From Azolla caroliniana (taxonomy: Eukaryota > Plantae > Polypodiophyta): DNA of 64,000 nt. The DNA is taken from assembly GCA_043228905.1 (NCBI GenBank), contig JBHGNT010000015.1:15500001-15564000 (forward strand), in the 5' to 3' direction. Below the pieces are notes generated by a model. That model was not told where the DNA came from. It did not search any database and saw only the letters and a program-made list of their open reading frames with translations. This document shows, one piece after another, positions 14,201 to 23,926 of this stretch. Both the position numbers and the translations under genes were made by a program. Position 1 is the stretch's first letter. Each line of letters opens with the position of its first letter.

Positions 14201-15672
14201 CCGAAAACAACTTCTTTCGTTTGGAGGTCTTGAAGCCTTTGGTAATTGACGTGGATGATGCGCTTGTGCCACAGGTCGATGTCCGATTCAACCTTCTGTC
14301 CTTTGGCGAACAAAGCGGTGCCGACGTCATTGGTGTTGAGGATGAACATCCTCCCGTCTTTGCGCCCTTGCACAATGATTTGGCCCTCTTCCTCGATGAA
14401 GCACCTGAGGTGCGTAAACCGCACCTGCATCCCTTGGTCGACAATCTGTCCAACCGACACCAGGTTCTTCGTGATAGTCGGGACGTGTAACACATTCATC
14501 AGCTTCCCCCTCTGTTCGACGTGGCTCAAAGGGACTTCTCCGACATGCACGATTGGGTGAGGAGTGTCGTCTCTGGTTTCGACAACTCCCGGTTGTTCCG
14601 GTTTCTCCAGGAAGGAGAACCACTCATTGTGGCTTGTCATGTGATTCGACGCACCGGAATCAACATACCATACTTCCTCCGATTTGGAAGTGGTCTTCTT
14701 CATCGAATTTGCCTTGTGCTTCATCACCAAGGTTGGCCCCTTACCAGTCTTCCCTGTTCCGGATCCTTTCGATCCTTGTGCGTAGTGCGAGCTTTGCCAG
14801 TTCTCCCGACCGGTTTTGCCGGATCCAGATCTGTCCGAATCAGTGCGCTTCTTCCAGCACTCGCTTTCTTTGTGGCCCTTTTTGCCACAGTACCAACATT
14901 CTGTGGTGGATTTGTCTTGTTGGACTCCGGCGCCGCCTTGACTCCCCCTGCTTGTGGAAGTCCCGGAACTTCTGTCGGCACGTTCTCTGTGCCTTCTTTC
15001 CTGCTCTTGCCGGCTGCCTCCACCTCGTCCCCCACGCCCACGGGGCCTATCCGCCTCCGTGTACAACATCCGGTTGTCCGATTGAGTGGTCCTGGACCCA
15101 CCCGTGTGGTATTCTTCGACCATCAACATTGATTGCATGTCGAAGAAGGTCGGTGGTTTCTCCCGGGTGCAGATCGCTGTCTGGATTGGCTCGTACCTTT
15201 GCGCTAGAGCACCAAGGCAGATTTGCACCATTTCGTCTTCGTCCACTATCACGTTGATGGACCCGAGCGCATCGCAAATCTCCTTTATTTTGGTGGTGTA
15301 GTCCGTAACTAACATATCTCTTTGTCGGATGTTGTTCAGCTCTTGCCGAAGCTGCAACTTACGGGCTGTGGTACTTGCGGCGAAAATCTTACGCAGATTT
15401 TCCCAGGCCTCCTTTGGCGTCTTTGCATCCCTGATGTAGCCGAGCATTTGGTCGTGCACACAGGACGTGATGCAGTATAATACTCGGCTCGCTCCTTGCT
15501 CCCATATCGGGAAGTCCTTGTGTCCAGGCTCTGGTGGTACCTCATTCGTTCCTTCCACGAAACTCCAATACCCATGCCCCAGTAGGTACTGGTGCATTTT
15601 GTATGACCAGGACGCGTAGTTGCTCCGGTCGAGCTTCTCTGTAGGAAGTGAACTCGCCATACCTTTGTCCAT
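11240..15672 (-). pseudogene. gag-pol of Copia C, disrupted; RNase H C-terminus deleted
   Basis: 519-aa Gag-PR ORF (CWYCGKKGHKESEC, WYVDSGASNH); INT and RT ORFs 13342-13896 and 11944-12657; RH breaks after EAIWLQR (~11670). Confidence 0.93.
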
Positions 15673-16662
15673 ATTTTCCTCTATCTACTGTTCTGTTCTC
15701 ACAACCTGTAGGGTTTGTCTTGCGAAGGCGAATGTCGGCTGCAGAGGTCTTCAACCCTCGCGCTCTGATACCATGTGAGAGATTATGTGCGGAAGCGTAA
15801 GACAACAGCTTGGATGCGTAGCAGCAGAGAGAGAGAGAGAGAGAGAATAATACACAGAATATAGAGAGTACTTGGGAGAGACAGAGAGAGCAGAACGTTT
15901 GAATCTCTTACAAAACAATAATCATTCTTTGTACATGAAACGTGCTCAACAACACTATTTATACAAGTCCTAAGAGGACTGATAGAAGTACCACGTACTT
16001 CAATGCTCACTCGAGCGTCTGGCACTGACTACGAGACTATTAACTGTTAGGAATTGACGCTTACAAACCTTCACCTCTCGGCCACAACCGAGGAAACACG
16101 AATCAATGCAGCAGTAAACGAAAAACACAGAGAGAGACTCGAATGCACAGGGTTTAGCGTGGAAAACCCTAGACGGGAAAAACCACGGGAGTGCAAGACT
16201 CCAACTATCAGTATACGCAGGGAATGTACAATGGCGAGCTGCAAGGCGACGACCTTGAGCTCGCTGTCCTCGCCACAGGCGGCGGTATTACACAGAGGCG
16301 TCGACCTCTTCCTTTCTCTCTCTCTCTCACTCTTTCTCTCGGCTGCTCTCACTTCGCTCCCTCTAAGTGGAAAACAGAAAAATGAGCAACAACTACAAAA
16401 CTGTTTGCCCTAAGTCATATTTATACACATATGACTTTCGGGCTATTTACAAATATAGCCTCAAGGGCCCTTGGCAAACATATTCACAAATATGTCCCCG
16501 CATCCGGATCTCTCTCCGGGTACATTCGTCATCCGGCTCCGTAGCCGGGGTCTTCATCATCTGGATCCGGAACCGGGTCTTCATCATCCAGGTCTTCATT
16601 CCCGATTCCCGGACATCCGACCATCCCATCCGGAGGGACCGTAATCCCAACAGACTCCCCCT

Positions 16663-19658
16663 TCACTTCGGCATGGGATGTCTTTCCAGTCCGACCCTCT
16701 TCCGGCACGCTTCCAGCTTGTCGGGTGTGAGCACTTTGGTCAGTATATCTAACCCGTTCTCGTCCGTGTGGATCTTCGTTAGCACGAACTCCTGGTCTTC
16801 TATCCTTTCCCGGATCCAGTGATATCTTCGCTGGATGTGCTTCGTCCGGGAGTGATAGGCCGCGTTCTTCGCAAGGTGGATGGCACTCTGATTGTCGCAG
16901 TAGAGTCGGTACTCCTCCTGCCGGATACCGAGCTCTCTAATGAAGTCCTTCATCCATATTATTTCCTTGCCGGCTTCAACAGCCGCCATGTACTCCGCCT
17001 CCGTGGTTGACAACGCAACCGTCTTCTGCAGCCTCGACTGCCACGAAACAGCTCCCCCTGCATACGTCATCACATACCCTGATGTGAACCGGCTGGTATC
17101 TGCATCAGCCGACATATCCGAATCGGTAAAGCCGTTGAGTTCGGGCTTACCGGAGCCGAATCGGAGGCACACGTTTGCCGTGCCCTTCAGGTATCGGAGT
17201 ATCCACTTGGCCGCGTTCCAGTGCTCTTTGCCGGGATTGCTCATGTACCGGCTCACCACTCCGACTGCATATCCTATGTCCGGTCTTGTACACACCATTG
17301 CGTACATCAAGCTTCCGACGGCAGAGGCATATGGTACTTTCATCATGTCCTCCTTCTCAGCCTTTGTCTTGGGACTTTGCTTGCTGGACAACTTGCAGTT
17401 TGCTGGGAGGGTTGACCCGACCGGTCTTGCTTCCGACATGTTGAACCAGTGAAGCACCTTTGTCACGTACTTCTCCTGTGACAGCCACAACTGCTTCTTC
17501 TTCCGGTCCCGGATGATGTGCATCCCTAGTATTTGCCTCGCCGGACCCAGGTCCTTCATTGAGAAGGTTCGGTGAAGCGCTTTCTTTAGCATCCGTATCT
17601 TGACCTGGTCCCGTCCGACGATCAACATGTCGTCCACGTACAGGAGGAGTATTAGAAAGTCTCCTCCTTCGAACTTCTTCACAAACACGCAGTGATTGGA
17701 CTGCGTTTTGTGGTACCCTTCGTTGGTCATGAAGGAGTCGAACTTCCGGTACCACTGCCGGGGAGCCTGCTTCAGTCCGTAAAGGCTCTTCTTCAACCGG
17801 CATACCAAGTGCTCCTTCCCTTTCTTCTCGAATCCTTCCGGTTGCTGCATGTAGATCTCTTCTTCGAGGTCACCGTGAAGGAATGCCGTCTTCACGTCCA
17901 TCTGTTCTACCTCGAGGTCCATGCTTGCCGCTATGCTCAACACCGTCCGGATGGAGGTCATCTTCACTACCGGGGCAAATATCTCGTCGAAGTCGACGCC
18001 CTTCTTCTGCTGGAACCCCTTCACCACGATCCTGGCTTTGTATCTCGGGGGGTTTCCGGCATCTCCCGGTTTCAGCTTGAACACCCACTTGTTTCGAAGT
18101 GCCCGCTTTCCTTTCGGCAAATCCACAAGTTCATATGTGTGGTTCTCATGCAGGGAATCCATCTCCTCCTGCATGGCACTTAACCACCTGCGGCTATGGG
18201 TGTCAAGCTTTGCTTCTTCAAAACTCTCCGGCTCCCCCTCGTCGGTTAGCAGCACATGCTCTGGTTCCGGAAATCTCCGGGGGGCCCTTCTCTCTCTTAG
18301 AGGATATCTCCGTTCCGGAGCTTCGGTAACTGGCTCCTCCGTTTCCTCTTCATCCGAATCCATTTCGGGATCGGGGCCAGTTCCGGTATCAGTTTCATCT
18401 TCCTCGGCCGGTTCTGTTTCTTCACCGTCTTCGGCCGGATCCTCGAGTGCTAACCGGTCCCTTGCCGGTCGGGACTGCTCCTCGTAGAGTTGATCCTCAC
18501 CGGTCGACTTGGAGCTCTTCATCTTCTTCTCCGACTCCCAATCGGCGAGTGTTTTGTCCTCCATGAAGATGATATCACGACTCCGGAATATCTTTTTGTC
18601 GACCGGGTCCCATACTCGGTAGCCGAACTCGTCATCACCGTAACCGAGGAATATGCATGGCCGGGTCTTTGGATCTAGCTTTCCTCTCCGGTCCTTTGCC
18701 ACATGCACATATGCGAGACACCCGAACACCTTCAGATGCCGGTAGGATACTTCCCTACCGGTCCACACTCTCTGCGGCGTGTTTCCGTCCAAAGGTACTG
18801 AGGGTGATCTGTTTATCACATATGTCGCCATCGACATTGCCTCAGCCCAAAACCCCTTGGGTAATTTCGCATGCGCCAGCATACTCCGGACCCTCTCCAT
18901 TATGGTCCGGTTCATCCTCTCGGCCAGCCCGTTCAGTTCCGGCGTCTTCGGCACAGTGAACTCGAGCCGGATTCCCTTCGAGCGACAGTACTCCTCGAAC
19001 TGCCCCCGGTATTCCCCTCCGTTATCCGCTCGTATCGCTTTCAGCTTCTTGCCGGATTCCCTTTCCACTCTCGCGTGGAGTTCTTTGAAAACGCACAACA
19101 CTTGGTCCTTTGTCTTCAACGGTGCCGTCCACAGCTTCCGGCTGTGGTCATCAATGAATGTCACGAAGTACTGGGCTCCGCCATGTGACTTCGTTTCTAC
19201 TTGACACACGTCAGTGTGCACCAACTCCAATGGTGCGCTACGTCTCGTCGGTGGCCTTGAGTGGAAGGAGGGTCGGTTCTGCTTACCGGCCAGGCAATCG
19301 GTGCACTTCTCCAGGTGCACGTGCTTCACTGGAATAAGGTTGTCTTCTGCAAGCCTCTTCATCCCCTTCTCACTCATGTGGCACAGTCTCTTGTGCCACA
19401 GCTCACCGGCAGTGTCGGCTGCCACGTTCAACTCCTCCGGACACAACCAGGCATTCATAAGGTACAGTGTGTTGACTTTCCGGGCCCGAGCCACTATCAG
19501 GCTCCCCTTGCTGAATTTCATTACGCAGTTCCGGATGCTACCTGTGTAGCCTTCATCGTCTAGCCTCCCGGCCGAAATCAGGTTCAATCGAACCTCCGGA
19601 ACGTGTCGGACATCCTTCAGCAACATTTTGCATCCGGTCGAGGTTGTCAACCACACGT
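16663..19658 (-). CDS. Pol of Copia D (PR C-terminus, GAG-pre-integrase, INT, RT, RNase H); open frame but cut from its 5' part by Gypsy E
   Basis: Uninterrupted ~1000-codon frame: WHKRLCHMSEKG, LVHTDV, MDVKTAFLHG, LYVDD, FTDSD, RTKHIQRRYHWIRE. Confidence 0.95.
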
Positions 19659-20428
19659 TGTCGGGGTTGCTACGCCCTTGCGTGCTGAAAGGAGGAGGGA
19701 CCACGGGGGTCTTGGACCGAAGAGCAAGAGGGAGAGGAGTAAGAGCGAGAGACCCGATTACACAGAACCGAAGATTGCATAGGGACACGGCCCAACGAAC
19801 AGAGATCACAAATAAACGCCGACGCAGATGGACGCAACAACGAAAGATATGTACTTATGAATGCAAGAAAATAACAGACTAAAGTATTACAACCCACGGT
19901 GGGGCACGAAATAGATACTAACGAAAACGAACAGGGCGGCGAACAGATGCCGACCCCTGTATGTCGCGACGCACAGAAAGGGAAAACAGGTCGGAGGTGC
20001 TGTAGGACGCGCTCGGGGCGTTCCACGGAACAGCGCAAGCCTCCTCGAAACCTGCACAGGTACGCGATGGAGCAGAAGGCAGAGAAGGCAGGAGTGAGAG
20101 AGAAGCTCCGAAATCGGTTTGGCAGCACTTCGTCCTCTCCGCGCGAGATATCCCCCTTCTAGTCTTCCTCTTCCTTTTTTTTTAGCCCCCCAAGAGGCCG
20201 TTTGGCATTAACTGCATACCAACCGAATCTACCCACCTAGGATCCTCGTATGTACCTACTTCGTCCTTAGGTACTTCTTGGCGCGCGTGTGTGTGTAGAG
20301 CCGTTTCCCACGCCTTGTTCCTCCGATTCCTCTTGTGGGCGGTTTTCTTCACGACATCCGCCCCCACCTAACCGCGCATCCACCGGCATGCGCCAAATTA
20401 AGTTGGCACGGAGAAAACCGGCCCGCCT

Positions 20429-23400
20429 TTACTCTTCACCTGCCGGCCCTTCCTCGGCCTCGGATCGGTCGTCGCTGCTGTCCAGGAGAATCGGGTCGGG
20501 TTCGTCGTCGTGCCGCTTCTTGAAAGCTTTGATCCTCTTCCCGGCCACGGGTATCGCTATTCTCGTGCCGTCGAGTTCCGCCAGATGATACGTCCCGTTG
20601 TCGTTGGCGCTCTGTACCGTATACGGCCCGAACCATCTCCGTGCGAACTTCCGCGTTGCTCGGTGCTGGTTGTCGAGGCTGCTGTCGTAGATGAGCACCC
20701 AGTCACCTTGTTCGATCTTCTTCGGTCGGAGTCGGTGCGTTCGGTCGAACCTGGCTTTGTTCTTTATCCTCGCCACTCGGATCCTTTCTGCAGCCGTCTC
20801 CACGTCCTCCGGTCTCCGTTCGAGTTGTCGTATACGCGCTGCCAACAACTCCTCCCGGCTCATCTCGTCCCTCCAGTCGACCGTTGCCCATGAGGAGATT
20901 GTTCGTTCCATCGGCATGATCGGCCCCTGGCCGAACATGAGCTCTGTCGGCATGTACCCGGTTACCGAACTGTGCGTAGTCCGGTCGGCCCACAAAGCAT
21001 AAGGTAGAAGTCGCGGCCAGTTACCGACTTGGCCTCCGCATGCCCGAACCAGCGCTTTAACGATCGGCCCGTGTCCGCGCTCCACCTTTCCATTCGCCTC
21101 CGGGTTGTACGCAGTGGTGAGCGAGAGTTTGACTCCCAGCCGATCGAACAGCTCCGCGGCTTCCTCGGCGTCCAACTCCCCTCGGTCAGCCACGATCTTC
21201 CCGACGCACCCGTACCGGCATATCACGTCCTCGATCAGGAACCGACACACGGCCGCGGTCGTCTTGTTCTGAAGGGCTCGGCCTTCCACCTGGTTCGTCA
21301 GGTCTTCCCGCGCTAGGACCAGATACCGCATCTGTCCTACCCCCATCGGCATCGTCACCAGATCTACCATCCATTTGAAATGGATGGCCGGAGGGTACGT
21401 AGGGTGAAGCTCGTCTCGATGTCGGACTATGGAGTGCATCTGGCAGCTCTCGCAAGTTGTCACGAACCGATGCACGTCCTGGTACAATCCCGGCCACCAG
21501 TACTTCCCCTTCAGCTTCTCAAATGTCGCCCACGTTCCACGGTGTCCAGCCCAAGGGCTGTCGTGGTAGGCCGCCAGTAGCTCCTCCTGTTCTTCCTTCA
21601 TCGCCACCACCCGGAGCGGGACGCCATTCCTCTTCTTCGGGTGCTTCCACAAATGCCCATCTCGGAGAAAGAATCGATATGCTTTCTTCCGGATCCGGTT
21701 GGCCTCGTCCTTCGTCCATGACGCATCGGGCGTCATTGTCTTCAAAAACCCGCCGATCTGCAGCCACTCCCCGTCGTACTTGCTCGCGTCGAACTCATTA
21801 AGCGCCGGAGTGCTCATCCCGTCGGTCGTTATGTATGCCGCCTCGAAGAAATCCACGCCGACTTCTTCGTCTTCCGAAACCATGCCGCCCTCGTCGTCGA
21901 ACCTCGCCCTCGAAAGCATGTCGGCCATGGCGTTGTCTTTCCCGGAAATGTGTCGTATTTCCGGGTCCAGGGACTTGATGTACGCTATCCACCTGAGCAT
22001 CGCCAGGTCCGGAGTCGCGCATCCGGAAACCATACCGAGAATCGGCAGGCAATCCGTCTCGATGATCACTTCTGTCCCTATCAGGTAGTCTTTGTCGGCC
22101 TTAACCGCCGAAACAATACCCCAGAGTTCGCGTTTAACCTGGGCGTATCCTTGCTGCCGTTCACTGAGGACTTTCGCGCCGAATCGGATCGGAAACCGAT
22201 TGCCGTCCTCGTCTTCCTGGTTCACGACCCATCCGATCCCGGTCGGACTGGTATCCACCGTTATGAATACCGGGGTACCCTTCCCGTATACCGCCTTCCG
22301 GAGTGCCGGTGCCGCTGCAAGGGCCTCTTTCAGCTTCCGGACCGATTCCGCGTGCTCGTCTAGCCATTCGAACCTTCGCCCCTTTTTCAGCAACCCGTAC
22401 AGTGGCTCCGCGACGTGTGCGTAATGCGGGATCCATATGTGGTAGAACGCGCATGCCCCCAGGAATCTCCGTACTTCCGTGACCGAGCTGCAGTCGGGCT
22501 TCATCGCGGAGATGGCTTCTACCTTTGCCGGAGACGGTTTCCGGCCATATGGTCCGCACAGGTGTCCGACCACCATGATTTCTGACTGCCCGAAGGCCGA
22601 CTTTTCCCCGGAGAAGGTGAGTCTCGCATCCTCTAGCCTTTGCAGCACCTTCTCGCAGTCGTCGATGTGCGTCGCCACGAATCGCCGGCATCCGTCCGGC
22701 CCGATCGTCTCGTCCTTTTCTTCCACCGGGCATCCCTTGATCGGGATGTCGTCCAGAAACGGCATGGTGATGTCCGGGATACAGTCCCTCAGAACCTTGT
22801 TCATCGCATTCACCATGTGGGCCACCGAGTTGGTCCCTCCTTGCAGCAGTGTACACATCCGAACTAGGCCGAGGGGAGTTCGCATCGTCGTAATGTCTCT
22901 GCTCTCCACGGCTAGCTGGAACTGGTCGTACCCTGAGTATAGATCCCCGACCGAGTAAATTGACCTTCCGGCGAAGGCCTCCGCGAACTCGTCTATGGTC
23001 GGTCCGATCCCTGCGTTCCGAATGGTCACTCGATTGACCGGCTGCAGGTCCTGGATGAAGCGCAACGAACCGTTTTTCTTCGGTACGGTAAACCATCGAT
23101 TCGAATATGGGGCGCTCGACGGCTCGAGAATTCCCATATCAACTTTCTGCCTCAGCAGCTCCATCAACTTCGGGATGTGAGCTCTCGGAACCGGGATTGG
23201 CTTGAGATTCCATGGTACGTGCGGTACCGTGAATATCACCATCGGCTCCACGATCGTCGGGTCAACGCACCCGATTTCCTCCGGCGAGAATGCGAAGGCT
23301 TTCCCGTGCCTTCCGAGCATTCTCCGAAACCGGTCTTCTTCCGCCGGCAGTAGGAACCCGCCCCCACCGATTTTGAGCTCTCGGAGCGTCTCGTCGGTGA

Positions 23401-23920
23401 AGGTGTGTCCTATGTAGGCCGGATCTCGTAGACTAGGGTCCGATGCAACCCCTTTGATTCTCGACGCGCTGTCCTCCGGTAAGGGTGCCGCGACTGGCCT
23501 TACCTTCCGGTCCACAGTCTTGTACTTGGTGCTTACGTGGGCCGTCCGAACTGACTCGAGCCCTCGACCGAAGTCCGCGACGACTTCGTACATCTCCTCG
23601 GAACACACCGGTATCGTCCGGTCTTCGTTAAGGCCTTCTTCGACTACCTTTCCCAGCATTCCCAAGGTGTCGTCGAATGAGACCGCCTCCACGGCTCCGT
23701 TGATTTCCTCGTCAGGGCCGAGAACTCCGCACGCTCGAAGTCTCCCCTCCGCCTTTGTCTTCTCTCGGCCGCCGATGCCGACTATCGTACACGCTCCGCT
23801 GTCGGAGAACAAAAATCCCCTACCTATGGTACAAGGTTTCTTCGGTTTTATCGTACAGGTGTGGGGTTTTCCCGGGGTGTCCGGACTGTCGCGGCCCCAC
23901 GCCTTGGCAGCCCTCTCTAA
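20429..23920 (-). CDS. Pol of Gypsy E (RT-RNase H-integrase), probably made by -1 frameshift from gag-PR
   Basis: VGDLYSGYDQ, PFLDDIPIKG, TVDTSPTGIG, HHCC (H..GH..CESC), ADRGE, YNPEANGKVERG, WFGPY. The frame stays open upstream of the tracked TTG (23812) as far as the slippery site. No chromodomain. Confidence 0.93.
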   Translation of the reverse strand, partial: LERAAKAWGRDSPDTPGKPHTCTIKPKKPCTIGRGFLFSDSGACTIVGIGGREKTKAEGRLRACGVLGPDEEINGAVEAVSFDDTLGMLGKVVEEGLNEDRTIPVCSEEMYEVVADFGRGLESVRTAHVSTKYKTVDRKVRPVAAPLPEDSASRIKGVASDPSLRDPAYIGHTFTDETLRELKIGGGGFLLPAEEDRFRRMLGRHGKAFAFSPEEIGCVDPTIVEPMVIFTVPHVPWNLKPIPVPRAHIPKLMELLRQKVDMGILEPSSAPYSNRWFTVPKKNGSLRFIQDLQPVNRVTIRNAGIGPTIDEFAEAFAGRSIYSVGDLYSGYDQFQLAVESRDITTMRTPLGLVRMCTLLQGGTNSVAHMVNAMNKVLRDCIPDITMPFLDDIPIKGCPVEEKDETIGPDGCRRFVATHIDDCEKVLQRLEDARLTFSGEKSAFGQSEIMVVGHLCGPYGRKPSPAKVEAISAMKPDCSSVTEVRRFLGACAFYHIWIPHYAHVAEPLYGLLKKGRRFEWLDEHAESVRKLKEALAAAPALRKAVYGKGTPVFITVDTSPTGIGWVVNQEDEDGNRFPIRFGAKVLSERQQGYAQVKRELWGIVSAVKADKDYLIGTEVIIETDCLPILGMVSGCATPDLAMLRWIAYIKSLDPEIRHISGKDNAMADMLSRARFDDEGGMVSEDEEVGVDFFEAAYITTDGMSTPALNEFDASKYDGEWLQIGGFLKTMTPDASWTKDEANRIRKKAYRFFLRDGHLWKHPKKRNGVPLRVVAMKEEQEELLAAYHDSPWAGHRGTWATFEKLKGKYWWPGLYQDVHRFVTTCESCQMHSIVRHRDELHPTYPPAIHFKWMVDLVTMPMGVGQMRYLVLAREDLTNQVEGRALQNKTTAAVCRFLIEDVICRYGCVGKIVADRGELDAEEAAELFDRLGVKLSLTTAYNPEANGKVERGHGPIVKALVRACGGQVGNWPRLLPYALWADRTTHSSVTGYMPTELMFGQGPIMPMERTISSWATVDWRDEMSREELLAARIRQLERRPEDVETAAERIRVARIKNKARFDRTHRLRPKKIEQGDWVLIYDSSLDNQHRATRKFARRWFGPYTVQSANDNGTYHLAELDGTRIAIPVAGKRIKAFKKRHDDEPDPILLDSSDDRSEAEEGPAGEE

Positions 23921-23926
23921 AAATCC
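23856..23926 (-). promoter_or_regulatory. Candidate -1 programmed ribosomal frameshift signal (G GAU UUU plus downstream stem-loop/pseudoknot)
   Basis: Heptamer 23926-23920 directly precedes the gag UAG; pol is in the -1 frame with only ~15 nt overlap; GGGCUG/CAGUCC stem and GUGGGG/CCCCAC pairing follow. Confidence 0.78.

Noticed and set aside
19670-20162. ORFs of 85-150 aa in E's LTRs, and the first ~50 aa of the 1048-aa ORF (19659-19809)
   Set aside because: They lie in duplicated LTR sequence with no motif. The 1048-aa ORF's start is only read-through from the inserted LTR.
23805-23820. Second GGGAUUUUU slippery-like motif ~108 nt into pol
   Set aside because: It lies downstream of the gag stop, so it cannot join gag to pol; no evidence of function.
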